From: Thermodesulfobacteriota bacterium
GTDB lineage: Bacteria > Desulfobacterota > Desulfobaccia > Desulfobaccales > 0-14-0-80-60-11
Reading direction: 5' to 3'
Length of the DNA stretch: 64,000 nt
Assembly: GCA_049322315.1 (NCBI GenBank)
Contig: JBMORF010000082.1
Span: forward strand, 128,141-192,140
A model generated the notes under the pieces. That model was not told the origin of the DNA. It searched no databases and saw nothing but the letters and a program-made list of their open reading frames with translations. Of this stretch, positions 46,551 through 54,647 are shown in pieces (positions within the stretch are counted from its first letter, which is position 1; every line of letters begins with the position of its first letter). Both the position numbers and the translations under genes were made by a program.

Positions 46551-46925
46551 TTAGGCCTTCCACAACCCGTGGAGGTTGCAGTATTCCCGGGCCGTCACCG
46601 TGTCAGCCTGAATCTCGAAAACGGCTTCCGGAGCCTGGCCCGGTTGGAGAAACTGCCGGTAGGCCTTGCCGTCGGCCAGGACTTCAATCCATTCGATGTA
46701 GTGTTTCTCCTCCATGGGGTGGGCCACGCTTCCCACTTTCACCTTAAAGCCGCCGGGGATTTTTTCGATTACCGGCACGTGCTTTTCCTTAGCCGCGTCC
46801 ACGGTGTTTTCCTCAAAGTTTTTCATGGGCGCGCCGCAGCAGACCAATTCCCCGGCTCCGGTATGCAGCACTTCCACGATGTTCCCGCAGGTCTCACATT
46901 TATAGATCTGCATCTTCCTGGTCAT
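46551..46925 (-). CDS. dfx: Desulfoferrodoxin (2Fe superoxide reductase)
   Basis: 124 aa. N-terminal desulforedoxin-like [16 protein letters not shown]. Centre II motifs [20 protein letters not shown] and CNLHGLWK. Confidence 0.95.
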   Translation of the reverse strand: MTRKMQIYKCETCGNIVEVLHTGAGELVCCGAPMKNFEENTVDAAKEKHVPVIEKIPGGFKVKVGSVAHPMEEKHYIEWIEVLADGKAYRQFLQPGQAPEAVFEIQADTVTAREYCNLHGLWKA

Positions 46926-47034
46926 GGATTTTCTCCTTTTGGATGAGAATTTAGGGATAATTTTGAATGAGGTTTCCCTTTAGGGAATTTCTGCTGTTCC
47001 ACTGCTCCGGCGGCCTGGAAGGATTCCCGGTCCT

Positions 47035-47241
47035 TTACTCCGACCAGCTTCCTTTCTTGATGTGGGCTTCCCGTTCCGCCTCGGCCAATTTTTGCAGTTT
47101 ATAGGCCGAATCCCGGAGCACCCCATAGAGCACGCCGCAGCCCACGTCTTCCCGGGCCGCGTCGCCCGCGTCCGCCAATGCCAGCATAGCCGCGGCCAGT
47201 TCCAGGGTTTTGGTCAGGCATTCATTTGCGGCGTTACCCAC
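47035..47241 (-). CDS. Small (68 aa) helical protein of unknown function, the apparent sigma-54-dependent target gene
   Basis: Track ORF 47035..47310. The likely start is GTG 47241, preceded by CAGGAGAG (MGNAANECLTKTLELAAAMLALADAGD..). A sigma-54 promoter lies about 50 nt upstream. Confidence 0.5.
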   Translation of the reverse strand: MGNAANECLTKTLELAAAMLALADAGDAAREDVGCGVLYGVLRDSAYKLQKLAEAEREAHIKKGSWSE

Positions 47242-47293
47242 TTTACTCTCCTGCAACCGTCGGAAATTCCTCCATTTACTACAAGTTATAAAT

Positions 47294-47309
47294 ATCAAAA
47301 GGCGTGCCA
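47294..47309 (-). promoter_or_regulatory. Sigma-54 (-24/-12) promoter
   Basis: Minus-strand TGGCACgccttTTGAt. The consensus is TGGCAC-N5-TTGCW, so there is one mismatch in the -12 element. It lies between a sigma-54 activator gene and the small ORF. Confidence 0.6.
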
Positions 47310-47372
47310 CTGCCGCATTTTTTCAGGTCTTGAGTAAGTATTGGCAATAATTGATTATATTTGATAAAAGGT

Positions 47373-47409
47373 TTTCCTCGCCCCCTCCCGGGGATAAAGG
47401 GGAGGAATC
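47373..47409. repeat. G/C-tract hairpin element (family copy 2)
   Basis: TTCCTCGCCCC-ctcccggggataaa-GGGGAGGAA followed by TCTTTTT. It shares GGGGATAA(A)GGGGA..ATCTTTTT with the element at 55472..55515. Confidence 0.5.
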
Positions 47410-47485
47410 TTTTTGAGACACTTTTGCATCAGGTTGGCTAGAGAAAAGCCTGATGATTAGGAAGGATTAAGAAAATGGTACTGTC

Positions 47486-48838
47486 TCATGTTTCTCCATG
47501 AGGCACAAGTGTTTCCTGAGACACGAGAAAGCGATACAGGGTGGCCCGGCCCACGCCCAGAAGTCTGGCGGCCCGAGCCTTGTTGCCGCCGCATTGGCGC
47601 AGCGCCGCGGCAACGGCCTCCCCGTTCAACTTCCGGGCCGGTCCCCGCCGGGAGGTCTCTTCCCGGATTTCCTGGGGCAACTCCTCCGGCCCCATGGCTC
47701 CCCCTTCGCTTCGGGCCAGGGCATAGTGCACCGCGTTTTGCAGTTCCCGGACGTTCCCCGGCCAGGGGTATTTCTCCAGCAAGGAAAGGGCCACCGGGGA
47801 AAAGCGGGGGACCTGCCCTCCCTCTTTTCGGGCGCGTTGCAGAAAAAAATCCAACAGCAAAGGAATGTCGCCCTGACGCTCCCGCAAGGGCGGTACCTCC
47901 ACAGGCACCACGTTCAGACGATAAAAAAGATCCCGACGGAAATTCTTCTTGTCGATCTCCCGTTTCAAATCCCGGTTGGTGGCGCTGATAACCCGGACGT
48001 CTACGGAGATGGTCTTTTCCCCGCCCACCCGCTCAAACGCCCCGTTTTCCAGGACCCGCAGGAGCTTAACCTGCATATTCAAAGGCAGTTCGGCCACTTC
48101 ATCCAGAAAGATGGTGCCGCCGTGGGCCAGCTCAAAGCGCCCTTTTTTATCGCGCAAAGCGCCGGAGAAGGCGCCTTTCACATGGCCGAAAAGTTCGCTT
48201 TCCACCACTCCTTCGGGGAGAGCGCCGCAATTGACGGGGACAAAAGGCCCCTGGCCCCGCCGGCTTTCGCTGTGGATGGCCGCGGCCACCAGTTCCTTGC
48301 CGGTGCCCGTCTCCCCGGTGATCAGCACCGGATAGTCGTTTTCCGCCAGGCGGCTGATCTGCTTAAAGATCTGAATCATTTTGGGGTCCCGCCCCACGAT
48401 CCCCGCAAATCCCGCCGCGTCTTCGGCCCAGAGCTTCAGCCCCACCAGGCTGGTAATGTCCTTGAGGGCCGCCAGCACCCCGGCGAAGCGCCCCTGCCCA
48501 TCCATCAGGCCCACCACCGACATTTCCACCTGTTTGGGCTCTCCCCGCCGGGTGACAATGTTTAAAGGGTAACTCAACTCCGTCCAGGCATCCGGGGCTT
48601 TGCCGCAAAAGGAGCACTGCTTGCCGCACAAGGGGCTGCCAAAGACCTCGTGGCAGTCCCGGCCCAGAACCTCCTCGGCGGTAAAGCCGGTCAAGGCCGC
48701 GGCCGCGCGGTTAAAGAAAAAAATCCTCCGGTAGGGATCGTGGCCGATGACCCCTTCCTGGAGATGGTCCAGGAGCGGCTCCAGGTTCTTCAGGTCCACC
48801 ACAAATTTACCCGGGGCAAAATCTGCCGGAAAGCTCAT
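47486..48838 (-). CDS. Sigma-54-dependent transcriptional activator: PAS domain with a Cys4 motif, AAA+ sigma-54 interaction domain, Fis-type HTH
   Basis: 450 aa. GETGTGKE Walker A, GAFSGA (GAFTGA variant), ESELFGH, and the C-terminal HTH AARLLGVGRATLYR. The Cys motif is DCHEVFGSPLCGKQCSFCGK (about 48605..48655). Confidence 0.9.
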   Translation of the reverse strand: MSFPADFAPGKFVVDLKNLEPLLDHLQEGVIGHDPYRRIFFFNRAAAALTGFTAEEVLGRDCHEVFGSPLCGKQCSFCGKAPDAWTELSYPLNIVTRRGEPKQVEMSVVGLMDGQGRFAGVLAALKDITSLVGLKLWAEDAAGFAGIVGRDPKMIQIFKQISRLAENDYPVLITGETGTGKELVAAAIHSESRRGQGPFVPVNCGALPEGVVESELFGHVKGAFSGALRDKKGRFELAHGGTIFLDEVAELPLNMQVKLLRVLENGAFERVGGEKTISVDVRVISATNRDLKREIDKKNFRRDLFYRLNVVPVEVPPLRERQGDIPLLLDFFLQRARKEGGQVPRFSPVALSLLEKYPWPGNVRELQNAVHYALARSEGGAMGPEELPQEIREETSRRGPARKLNGEAVAAALRQCGGNKARAARLLGVGRATLYRFLVSQETLVPHGET

Positions 48839-49097
48839 ATCTGCCTAATTTCCCCTATATTTCATAGTATCCCATCAACCGGGGAATATCAAACGGAGTT
48901 TGGCGGAGACCAGCCGGGAGGGTGCAATTGGGGGGCTGCCGCTACCGACAATTTCCGATCCCGCCCCCTGCCCTCAGGGGCACCCCCGACGAACAGACTG
49001 CCTTTTTCCTTGCCAGGCTCTTTCCTTTTCAGATAAGTTAATTTATTTAAGGGTCTTAGCGGCAAGGGGCGAAAACCGGCGCTAATCAGGGGAAAAC

Positions 49098-49973
49098 TTG
49101 GCAAATTTTCACGACTTGCTCCAGTTCATCTTCGCGGGTTTGACCGGCGGCGCCATCTACGCCCTGGTGGCCCTGGGCTTCGGGGTGGTGCACAACACCA
49201 TGGGCATCGTCAACTTCACCCAGGTGGATTTCGTCTCCTTGGGGGGGATGATCCTGTTCAGCGCCCTGTTTGCCGTGGGCCTGCCCATGCCCCTGGCCCT
49301 GGCCGCGGCGGTGGTGGGAGTGACCCTGGTGGCCATCGTCGTGGAGGAAATCGGCGTCCGGCCTTCCCGCTCCCAGAGCCACCTGGTGTTGATCTTCCTG
49401 ACCATCGGGTTGTCCATCATCCTCCGGGGAGTCATGAAGATCATCTGGGGCAAAAACCGCATGGCCGTGCCGCCTTTATCCGGCGAAGCGCCGGTGAAAC
49501 TGTGGGGCGCCACCATCCTGCCCCAGACCCTGTGGATTCTGGCCCTCACCGCCGGGGCCATCGTGCTGTTGGTCCTCTTCTTTCGGAAGACCTCCATGGG
49601 CCTGGCCATGCGGGGGGTGGCCGCCAACGAGGAAGCCGCGGCTACGGTGGGTCTCAAGGTGCGCCGGGTCAAGGCCATGAGTTTCGCCCTGGCCGGGGCC
49701 CTGGGGGGCCTGGCCGGGTGCCTGGTGACCCCCATCACCACGCTTTCTTATGACGTGGGCGTGCTCCTGGGCCTCAAAGGTTTCGCCGCCGCCATTTTAG
49801 GGGGCTTCGGCTCCTTTCCCGGGGCCATTCTGGGGGGCTTGATCCTGGGGCTGCTGGAGACCCTGGGCGCGGCTTATATCAGCAGCGCCTATAAGGACGT
49901 CATCGCCTTTGTGGTGCTGCTGTTGGTGCTCTTTATCCGCCCCCGGGGATTATTGGGTGGGGGAGCAGGGTGA
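49098..49973 (+). CDS. livH: Branched-chain/hydrophobic amino acid ABC transporter permease (LivH-type)
   Basis: 291 aa from a TTG start. FIFAGLTGGAIYALVALGF..VNFTQ and the C-terminus DVIAFVVLLLVLFIRPRGLLG are typical of LivH. Confidence 0.85.
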   Translation: MANFHDLLQFIFAGLTGGAIYALVALGFGVVHNTMGIVNFTQVDFVSLGGMILFSALFAVGLPMPLALAAAVVGVTLVAIVVEEIGVRPSRSQSHLVLIFLTIGLSIILRGVMKIIWGKNRMAVPPLSGEAPVKLWGATILPQTLWILALTAGAIVLLVLFFRKTSMGLAMRGVAANEEAAATVGLKVRRVKAMSFALAGALGGLAGCLVTPITTLSYDVGVLLGLKGFAAAILGGFGSFPGAILGGLILGLLETLGAAYISSAYKDVIAFVVLLLVLFIRPRGLLGGGAG

Positions 49974-49984
49974 GGAGATGTTCC

Positions 49985-50042
49985 GTAGGCGAACCTTGTG
50001 TTCGCCCCGGGGCCCAGGGCGAACACCAGGTTCGCCCCTACG
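49985..50042. repeat. REP-like hairpin doublet (GGCGAAC-N6-TTCGCC type)
   Basis: GTAGGCGAACcttgtgTTCGCCCC (49985..50008) and GGCGAACaccaggTTCGCCCCTAC (50018..50041). The same units occur at 58045..58062 and inside the RAYT ORF (58358..58509). A half-site lies at 25121..25131. Confidence 0.8.
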
Positions 50043-50077
50043 TTTAATCCCGATTTAAATCAAAACCACCAGTGGTA

Positions 50078-50542
50078 ATGCCTAAACATAGCGCCGGATT
50101 ATTGATGTACCGCCACCGGGAAGGCGTCCTGGAAGTTTTCCTGGTACATCCCGGCGGCCCCTTTTGGGCCAAAAAGGACCTGGGCGCCTGGTCTCTGCCC
50201 AAGGGGGAATATAACCCGGAGGAGGACGCCCTGGCCGCGGCCCGGCGGGAGTTTGCCGAAGAAACCGGCTTCGAGGCCGGGGGGGATTTTATTCCTCTCA
50301 CGCCCTTAAAACAGCCCAGCGGCAAAGTCATCGACGCCTGGGCCTTTGCGGGAGACTGCGACCCCGCAGCTATAAAAAGCAACACTTTTGCCCTGGAATG
50401 GCCGCCCCGCTCCGGGAAGCAACAAGAATTCCCGGAGATCGACCGGGCCGGGTGGTTTACCATCGAGGAAGCGAAGGTTAAAATAATCAAGGGGCAGGCG
50501 GGGCTTTTGGAGGAGTTGCAACAGATTTTAAGCCTGCCGTGA
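50078..50542 (+). CDS. NUDIX hydrolase
   Basis: Likely start ATG 50078 (MPKHSAGLLMY). Nudix box GEYNPEEDALAAARREFAEETGF. It is flanked by repeat elements on both sides. Confidence 0.85.
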   Translation: MPKHSAGLLMYRHREGVLEVFLVHPGGPFWAKKDLGAWSLPKGEYNPEEDALAAARREFAEETGFEAGGDFIPLTPLKQPSGKVIDAWAFAGDCDPAAIKSNTFALEWPPRSGKQQEFPEIDRAGWFTIEEAKVKIIKGQAGLLEELQQILSLP

Positions 50543-50543
50543 A

Positions 50544-50637
50544 TAGTTCAAGGTTTAAAGTTCAAGGTTCAAGGTGGAAAAATGCTCAGAAGTATCAGCT
50601 TTTTAACTTTGAACTTTGAACCTTGAACTTTGAACTA
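50544..50637 (+). repeat. Heptad-repeat long hairpin: two 32-nt arms, each made of four tandem 7-mers (GTTCAAG/GTTTAAA), with a 30-nt loop
   Basis: Pairing 50544..50575 with 50606..50637 gives 27 Watson-Crick pairs, 4 G-U pairs and 1 A-C mismatch on the plus-sense RNA. The G-U pairs become C-A mismatches on the other strand. Confidence 0.75.
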
Positions 50638-50657
50638 ATGCCAATGGAAAACAAAAA

Positions 50658-52511
50658 TTGGAACGAAAAGATCAACGAAATCAACGCATCTTAATGGGCA
50701 ACGAGGCCATCGCCCGGGGGCTCATCGAGTCCGGGGTGACTTTGGCCGCGTCTTATCCCGGCACCCCGGCCTCGGAGATCCTCCAGGCCGTGGCCGCGTT
50801 CGCTAAGGAAGAGGCTATTCCCTTGCACGCGGAATGGTCGGTGAATGAGAAAGTGGCCTATGAAACGGCCCTGGCCAACAGCTACACCGGCCGCCGCTCC
50901 GCGGTCTCCATGAAGCAGGTGGGCCTGAACGTGGCCTCCGATCCCTTTCTGCGTTCGGCCTACCTGGGCGTCAAGGGCGGGCTGGTGGTCATCTCGGCGG
51001 ACGACCCCGGCCCCCACAGCTCCCAGACCGAGCAGGATTCCCGCTTCTTTGCCATGTTCGCCAAAGTCCCGGTCTTCGACCCCTCCAGCCCTAAAGAGGC
51101 CAAGGAGATGGTGGATAGGGCCTTTAAGCTCTCGGAAAAATACGAGATGCCGGTGATGCTCCGCCCCACCACCCGGGTCTGCCACGCCCGTCAGAACGTG
51201 CCTCTGGCGACGCCCGAGAGGCTGGAGCGGGTGGCGCATTTCCAGAAGAATCCGGGGCGCTGGTGCGCCACGCCCCAGTATCTTAAGGAACTGCACCGGA
51301 CCTTGAACCAAAAAATCGAGGAGATTGCCGGGGAAGAGGAATTTTATCCCATCCTCACTCCCGGGGACGACTCCTTCCCCGGGGCCTGCATCATCGCCTC
51401 CGGAGTGGCCCTGGCCCACACCTGGGACCTCCTGGAAGAAATGCTCCTGCTGCGGCGCCTCGATCTCTATCAGGTCACCTTGCCCTATCCTTTGCATCAG
51501 GGCTTTATCAAGAATATCAAATCCCGTTATCAGCGGGTCCTGGTCCTGGAGGAGACCTACCCGGTCATCGAACTGCAACTGGCCGGGGACCAGGTCCAGG
51601 GCCGGGGCGCCAAAATGGTCCCCGGAGCCGGAGAGCTGACCCCGGAGGTCATCCGCCTGGCAATCGAGAGATTTTTGCGCCTGCCCCCGGCCCCGGCGTT
51701 GGCGGCCCCTGGCGGAGGAGAGGTCACCCGCCCCACCCTCTGCGCCGGCTGCGGCCACCGGGCGGCATTCTATGCCATTAGGGAGGCGTTCCCGGAGGGC
51801 ATCTTCCCCAGCGACATCGGCTGCTATACTTTGGGGATGAACCTGGGGGCGGTGGACACCTGCCACTGCATGGGCGCGGGCATCAGCCAGGCCGCGGGCT
51901 TCTACCAGGCCTACGTCGCGGCCGGGGAAAAAGTGCCCCCCATTGTAGCCACCATCGGCGATTCCACCTTTTTTCACGCCGGAGTCCCGGCCCTGATTAA
52001 CGCGGTCTTCCACCGGAACCGCTTTATCCTGGTGATCCTGGACAACTCCACCACGGCCATGACCGGCCACCAGCCCACCCCAGAGAAAGAGATTACCGCC
52101 CTGGGAAAACCGGGTAACCCGGTTTACCTGGCGGATCTGGTTAAAGCCTGCGGCGTCCGTTTCTTGAGGGAAGCCGATCCTTACGATATTCCCGGGTTCA
52201 TGTCCCTGCTCCAAGAGGCCGACCGTTATTGCCGGGGGGAAGATGGGAGATTAGCGGTAATCATCGCCAAACACTGTTGCATTCTGGACCGGGAGGCCCG
52301 GAAGAGCCAGCCGGCCTTCAAGGTTATGATTATCGAGGACTGCACCGGCTGCCGCCACTGCCTGGACGATTTTGAATGCCCGGCGCTACACCTGGATGAA
52401 GCCGCCGACCGGGTGGTTATCGATGAGGCCCGTTGTATCGGCTGCGGCGTCTGCGTCCACGTCTGCCCGGGAGGGGCGATTGAAGCGATGGCGAATAGCC
52501 AGGGCCAGTAA
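50658..52511 (+). CDS. iorA: Indolepyruvate:ferredoxin oxidoreductase alpha subunit
   Basis: 617 aa; the start is uncertain (TTG 50658 or ATG 50694). GNEAIARGLIESGV N-terminus. TPP-binding GDSTFFHAG. Two C-terminal 4Fe-4S motifs CTGCRHC..C and CIGCGVCVHVCP. Confidence 0.9.
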   Translation: MERKDQRNQRILMGNEAIARGLIESGVTLAASYPGTPASEILQAVAAFAKEEAIPLHAEWSVNEKVAYETALANSYTGRRSAVSMKQVGLNVASDPFLRSAYLGVKGGLVVISADDPGPHSSQTEQDSRFFAMFAKVPVFDPSSPKEAKEMVDRAFKLSEKYEMPVMLRPTTRVCHARQNVPLATPERLERVAHFQKNPGRWCATPQYLKELHRTLNQKIEEIAGEEEFYPILTPGDDSFPGACIIASGVALAHTWDLLEEMLLLRRLDLYQVTLPYPLHQGFIKNIKSRYQRVLVLEETYPVIELQLAGDQVQGRGAKMVPGAGELTPEVIRLAIERFLRLPPAPALAAPGGGEVTRPTLCAGCGHRAAFYAIREAFPEGIFPSDIGCYTLGMNLGAVDTCHCMGAGISQAAGFYQAYVAAGEKVPPIVATIGDSTFFHAGVPALINAVFHRNRFILVILDNSTTAMTGHQPTPEKEITALGKPGNPVYLADLVKACGVRFLREADPYDIPGFMSLLQEADRYCRGEDGRLAVIIAKHCCILDREARKSQPAFKVMIIEDCTGCRHCLDDFECPALHLDEAADRVVIDEARCIGCGVCVHVCPGGAIEAMANSQGQ

Positions 52512-52576
52512 TCAGTGGTCAGTTTTTCTAGCCATTGATCACTGATGACTGATCACTATCTTTGCCTGGAGTAGTT

Positions 52577-53086
52577 ATGAAACAACAGATAATCGTCAGC
52601 GGCCTGGGGGGCCAGGGAGCCTTGACCATCACCCGGGTTTTGGCGGAGGCCGCCGCGGCCTTGGGGTGTGAGGTCCTCACTTCCGAGACCCACGGCATGG
52701 CCCAACGGGGCGGCACCGTGATCTCCATGATCAAGGTGGGGCCTTTTCGGGGGCCCCTAATTCTCGCCGGCCGGGCAGACGTGGGGTTGTTCCTGCATGC
52801 GAAAAATCTGGGGGTGCATCGCTTTTATCTGCGACGCAGCGCCGGGCTTTTTGTCAATGCCGAGGTTCCCGGGGACTACCACAGCGTGGACGCCGGGAGT
52901 CTGGCCCGGCAACTGGGCGCGCCCGTGGCCGCCAACCTCATCCTCCTGGGTTATGCGGCCGGTAAAGGCGGGCTCTTTTGCGGTACGGACCTCCTGGAGC
53001 AAGTCATCCGGGAAAAAACCCCGGCTCGGTTCCGGAAAATAAACCTTAAAGCGTTGCATACCGGGATGGACGCGGCCACGGCCTGA
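52577..53086 (+). CDS. iorB: Indolepyruvate:ferredoxin oxidoreductase beta subunit
   Basis: Likely start ATG 52577 (MKQQIIVSGLGGQGALTITRVLA). 169 aa, directly downstream of iorA. Confidence 0.85.
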   Translation: MKQQIIVSGLGGQGALTITRVLAEAAAALGCEVLTSETHGMAQRGGTVISMIKVGPFRGPLILAGRADVGLFLHAKNLGVHRFYLRRSAGLFVNAEVPGDYHSVDAGSLARQLGAPVAANLILLGYAAGKGGLFCGTDLLEQVIREKTPARFRKINLKALHTGMDAATA

Positions 53087-53137
53087 AACGGCCTGCAAAG
53101 CAACCATTCTCGGGAGGAAATGCCCATAACACATCTT

Positions 53138-53159
53138 AACCTTGAACTTTAAACCTTGA
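53138..53159 (-). repeat. 22-nt exact inverted copy of part of the heptad-repeat hairpin arm
   Basis: AACCTTGAACTTTAAACCTTGA is the exact reverse complement of 50548..50569. Together the two elements bracket iorAB. Confidence 0.8.
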
Positions 53160-53188
53160 GATAGTGATTTCTGCGAAAGCGCCTTTTT

Positions 53189-53328
53189 TGTCATCCTGAA
53201 TGAAGCGAAGGATCTCGGATTTTAGCGCTCGGAATTCCCAAATTGGGGGTAATAATCGGCGCGGCCTGGAAAAGCCATGCTACCAAAAACGAGATTCTTC
53301 CCTCCGCTTCGCTCCGTTCAGAATGACA
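53189..53328. repeat. Inverted-repeat pair (TGTCATCCTGAATGAAGCGAAGGATCTCG ... CGAGATTCTTCC[CTCCGC]TTCGCTCCGTTCAGAATGACA) enclosing about 70 nt; MITE-like or a structured RNA
   Basis: Left arm 53189..53217, right arm 53290..53328. The arms are complementary apart from transitions and a short insertion in the right arm. A related arm is at 31186..31212. Confidence 0.65.
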
Positions 53329-53392
53329 GAAGAGGAACTGTCGCAGAGGTCTCAACTATGAACTCACAAATCAAGCGAAGGAGACCTAGAGC

Positions 53393-53590
53393 ATGGAAGA
53401 ATGTCCCCGGCAAGAAAAGAATTTAGCCTATTGCAACTGTAGCTATGGTTCCTGCGACAAAAAGGGGATCTGCTGCGAGTGCCTCCACTACCACCGGAAA
53501 ATGGGGGAACTGCCGGCGTGTTATTTTACCCCGGAGGTGGAACGGACTTATGATCGCAGTATTGCCCGCTTTATAAAATCATCCCGGTAG
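53393..53590 (+). CDS. Small Cys-rich protein (8 Cys; CNC..C..CCEC pattern), function unknown
   Basis: 65 aa: [45 protein letters not shown]... It looks like a conserved small metal-binding protein. It lies 16 nt upstream of livM. Confidence 0.6.
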   Translation: MEECPRQEKNLAYCNCSYGSCDKKGICCECLHYHRKMGELPACYFTPEVERTYDRSIARFIKSSR

Positions 53591-53606
53591 AGGGAGAAGA
53601 CGCGGC

Positions 53607-54620
53607 ATGAGGGGTTGGGAAAAAGCAAAGTTATTTGCCCTCCGCCACCGCACCGGCCTCACGGTCTGGGTCCTGGCCGGGATTCTGCTGGTGACGCCCC
53701 TGGTGGTCAACAACCCTTATAATTTAGGGATTCTCAACCTCATCGGCGTTTACGTCATCGTCGTCCTGGGCCTCAACCTGTTCATCGGCTATGCGGGCCA
53801 GATTTCTCTGGGGCATGCGGCGTTCTTCGGTTTGGGGGCCTATGGCTCCGCCATCCTCACCGCCACCTATCATTTCCCAGCCTGGCCCGTTATGGCCTTG
53901 ATCGCCGTGGTGATGGCATTGGTGGCCCTGGCCCTGGGGGTGCCCACCCTCAGGCTCACCGGCCACTATCTGGCCATGGCCACCCTGGGCTTCAACTACG
54001 TGGTGAGCAGCATCTTCGTGCAATGGGATGACGTCACCGGCGGGCCTGCCGGCCTCTCCGGGGTGCCGCCCCTCTCCCTTTTCGGCTTCACCTTTGACAG
54101 CGACGTCAAGTTTCACTACCTGGTATGGACCTTTGCCCTGGTGGCCCTGACGTTGTGCCTGAACCTGGTTAGGAGCGGCGTGGGCCGGGGTCTGGCCGCC
54201 CTGGCCCAGGACGAGGTGGCCGCGGCCACCTTCGGGGTTAACGTGCAGCGGGACAAGGTGCGGGTTTTTGTGCTCTCCGCGGTTTTCGCCTCCCTGGGCG
54301 GGAGCCTCTATGCCCACTACTTCGGCTACGTCAACCCGGAAGCTTTCAGCATCTTTAAATCTCTGGACCTGGTCATCATGGTGGTGGTGGGAGGGTTGGG
54401 GTCCATCTGGGGCACTCTTTTCGGGGTGGGCTTTATTGTCATTCTCCCCCATCTGGTTGATTTTTTCGAAACTTATTACGACATTATCCACGGGGTGATT
54501 TTGGTGGTGATCCTCCTTTTCTTGCCCCAGGGTTTTATCACCGGCTTGATGGACCTGATCAAGATTCGCCTGGCCCGGCGCCGCCTTGCGGCCCCGGTGG
54601 AAGCCGAGACAAGTCGATAA
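53607..54620 (+). CDS. livM: Branched-chain/hydrophobic amino acid ABC transporter permease (LivM-type)
   Basis: 337 aa. NLFIGYAGQISLGHAAFFGLGAYG is typical of LivM. Confidence 0.9.
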   Translation: MRGWEKAKLFALRHRTGLTVWVLAGILLVTPLVVNNPYNLGILNLIGVYVIVVLGLNLFIGYAGQISLGHAAFFGLGAYGSAILTATYHFPAWPVMALIAVVMALVALALGVPTLRLTGHYLAMATLGFNYVVSSIFVQWDDVTGGPAGLSGVPPLSLFGFTFDSDVKFHYLVWTFALVALTLCLNLVRSGVGRGLAALAQDEVAAATFGVNVQRDKVRVFVLSAVFASLGGSLYAHYFGYVNPEAFSIFKSLDLVIMVVVGGLGSIWGTLFGVGFIVILPHLVDFFETYYDIIHGVILVVILLFLPQGFITGLMDLIKIRLARRRLAAPVEAETSR

Positions 54621-54647
54621 GGTATTCACCCCGGAAACCTAGAAATT

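Noticed and set aside
46940-46970. TGGAAC-N5-AAATT sequence upstream of dfx as a possible second sigma-54 promoter
   Set aside because: It lacks the -12 GC element, so the match is too weak. Only the nearby palindrome is noted as a possible operator.
50544-50637. Tandem short repeats considered as a possible mini-CRISPR array
   Set aside because: The units are 7 nt with no spacers and form a single long hairpin. No cas genes are present and no repeat-spacer periodicity exists anywhere in the window.
50691-52214. 507-aa minus-strand ORF
   Set aside because: Shadow ORF antisense to iorA. It is extremely Gly/Arg/Pro/Asp-rich, as is typical of the reverse frame of GC-rich genes. The same applies to 59451..61190(-), 39405..40481(+), 47498..48565(+), 53724..54629(-), 20389..21231(+), 33373..34383(+) and 3640..4530(+).
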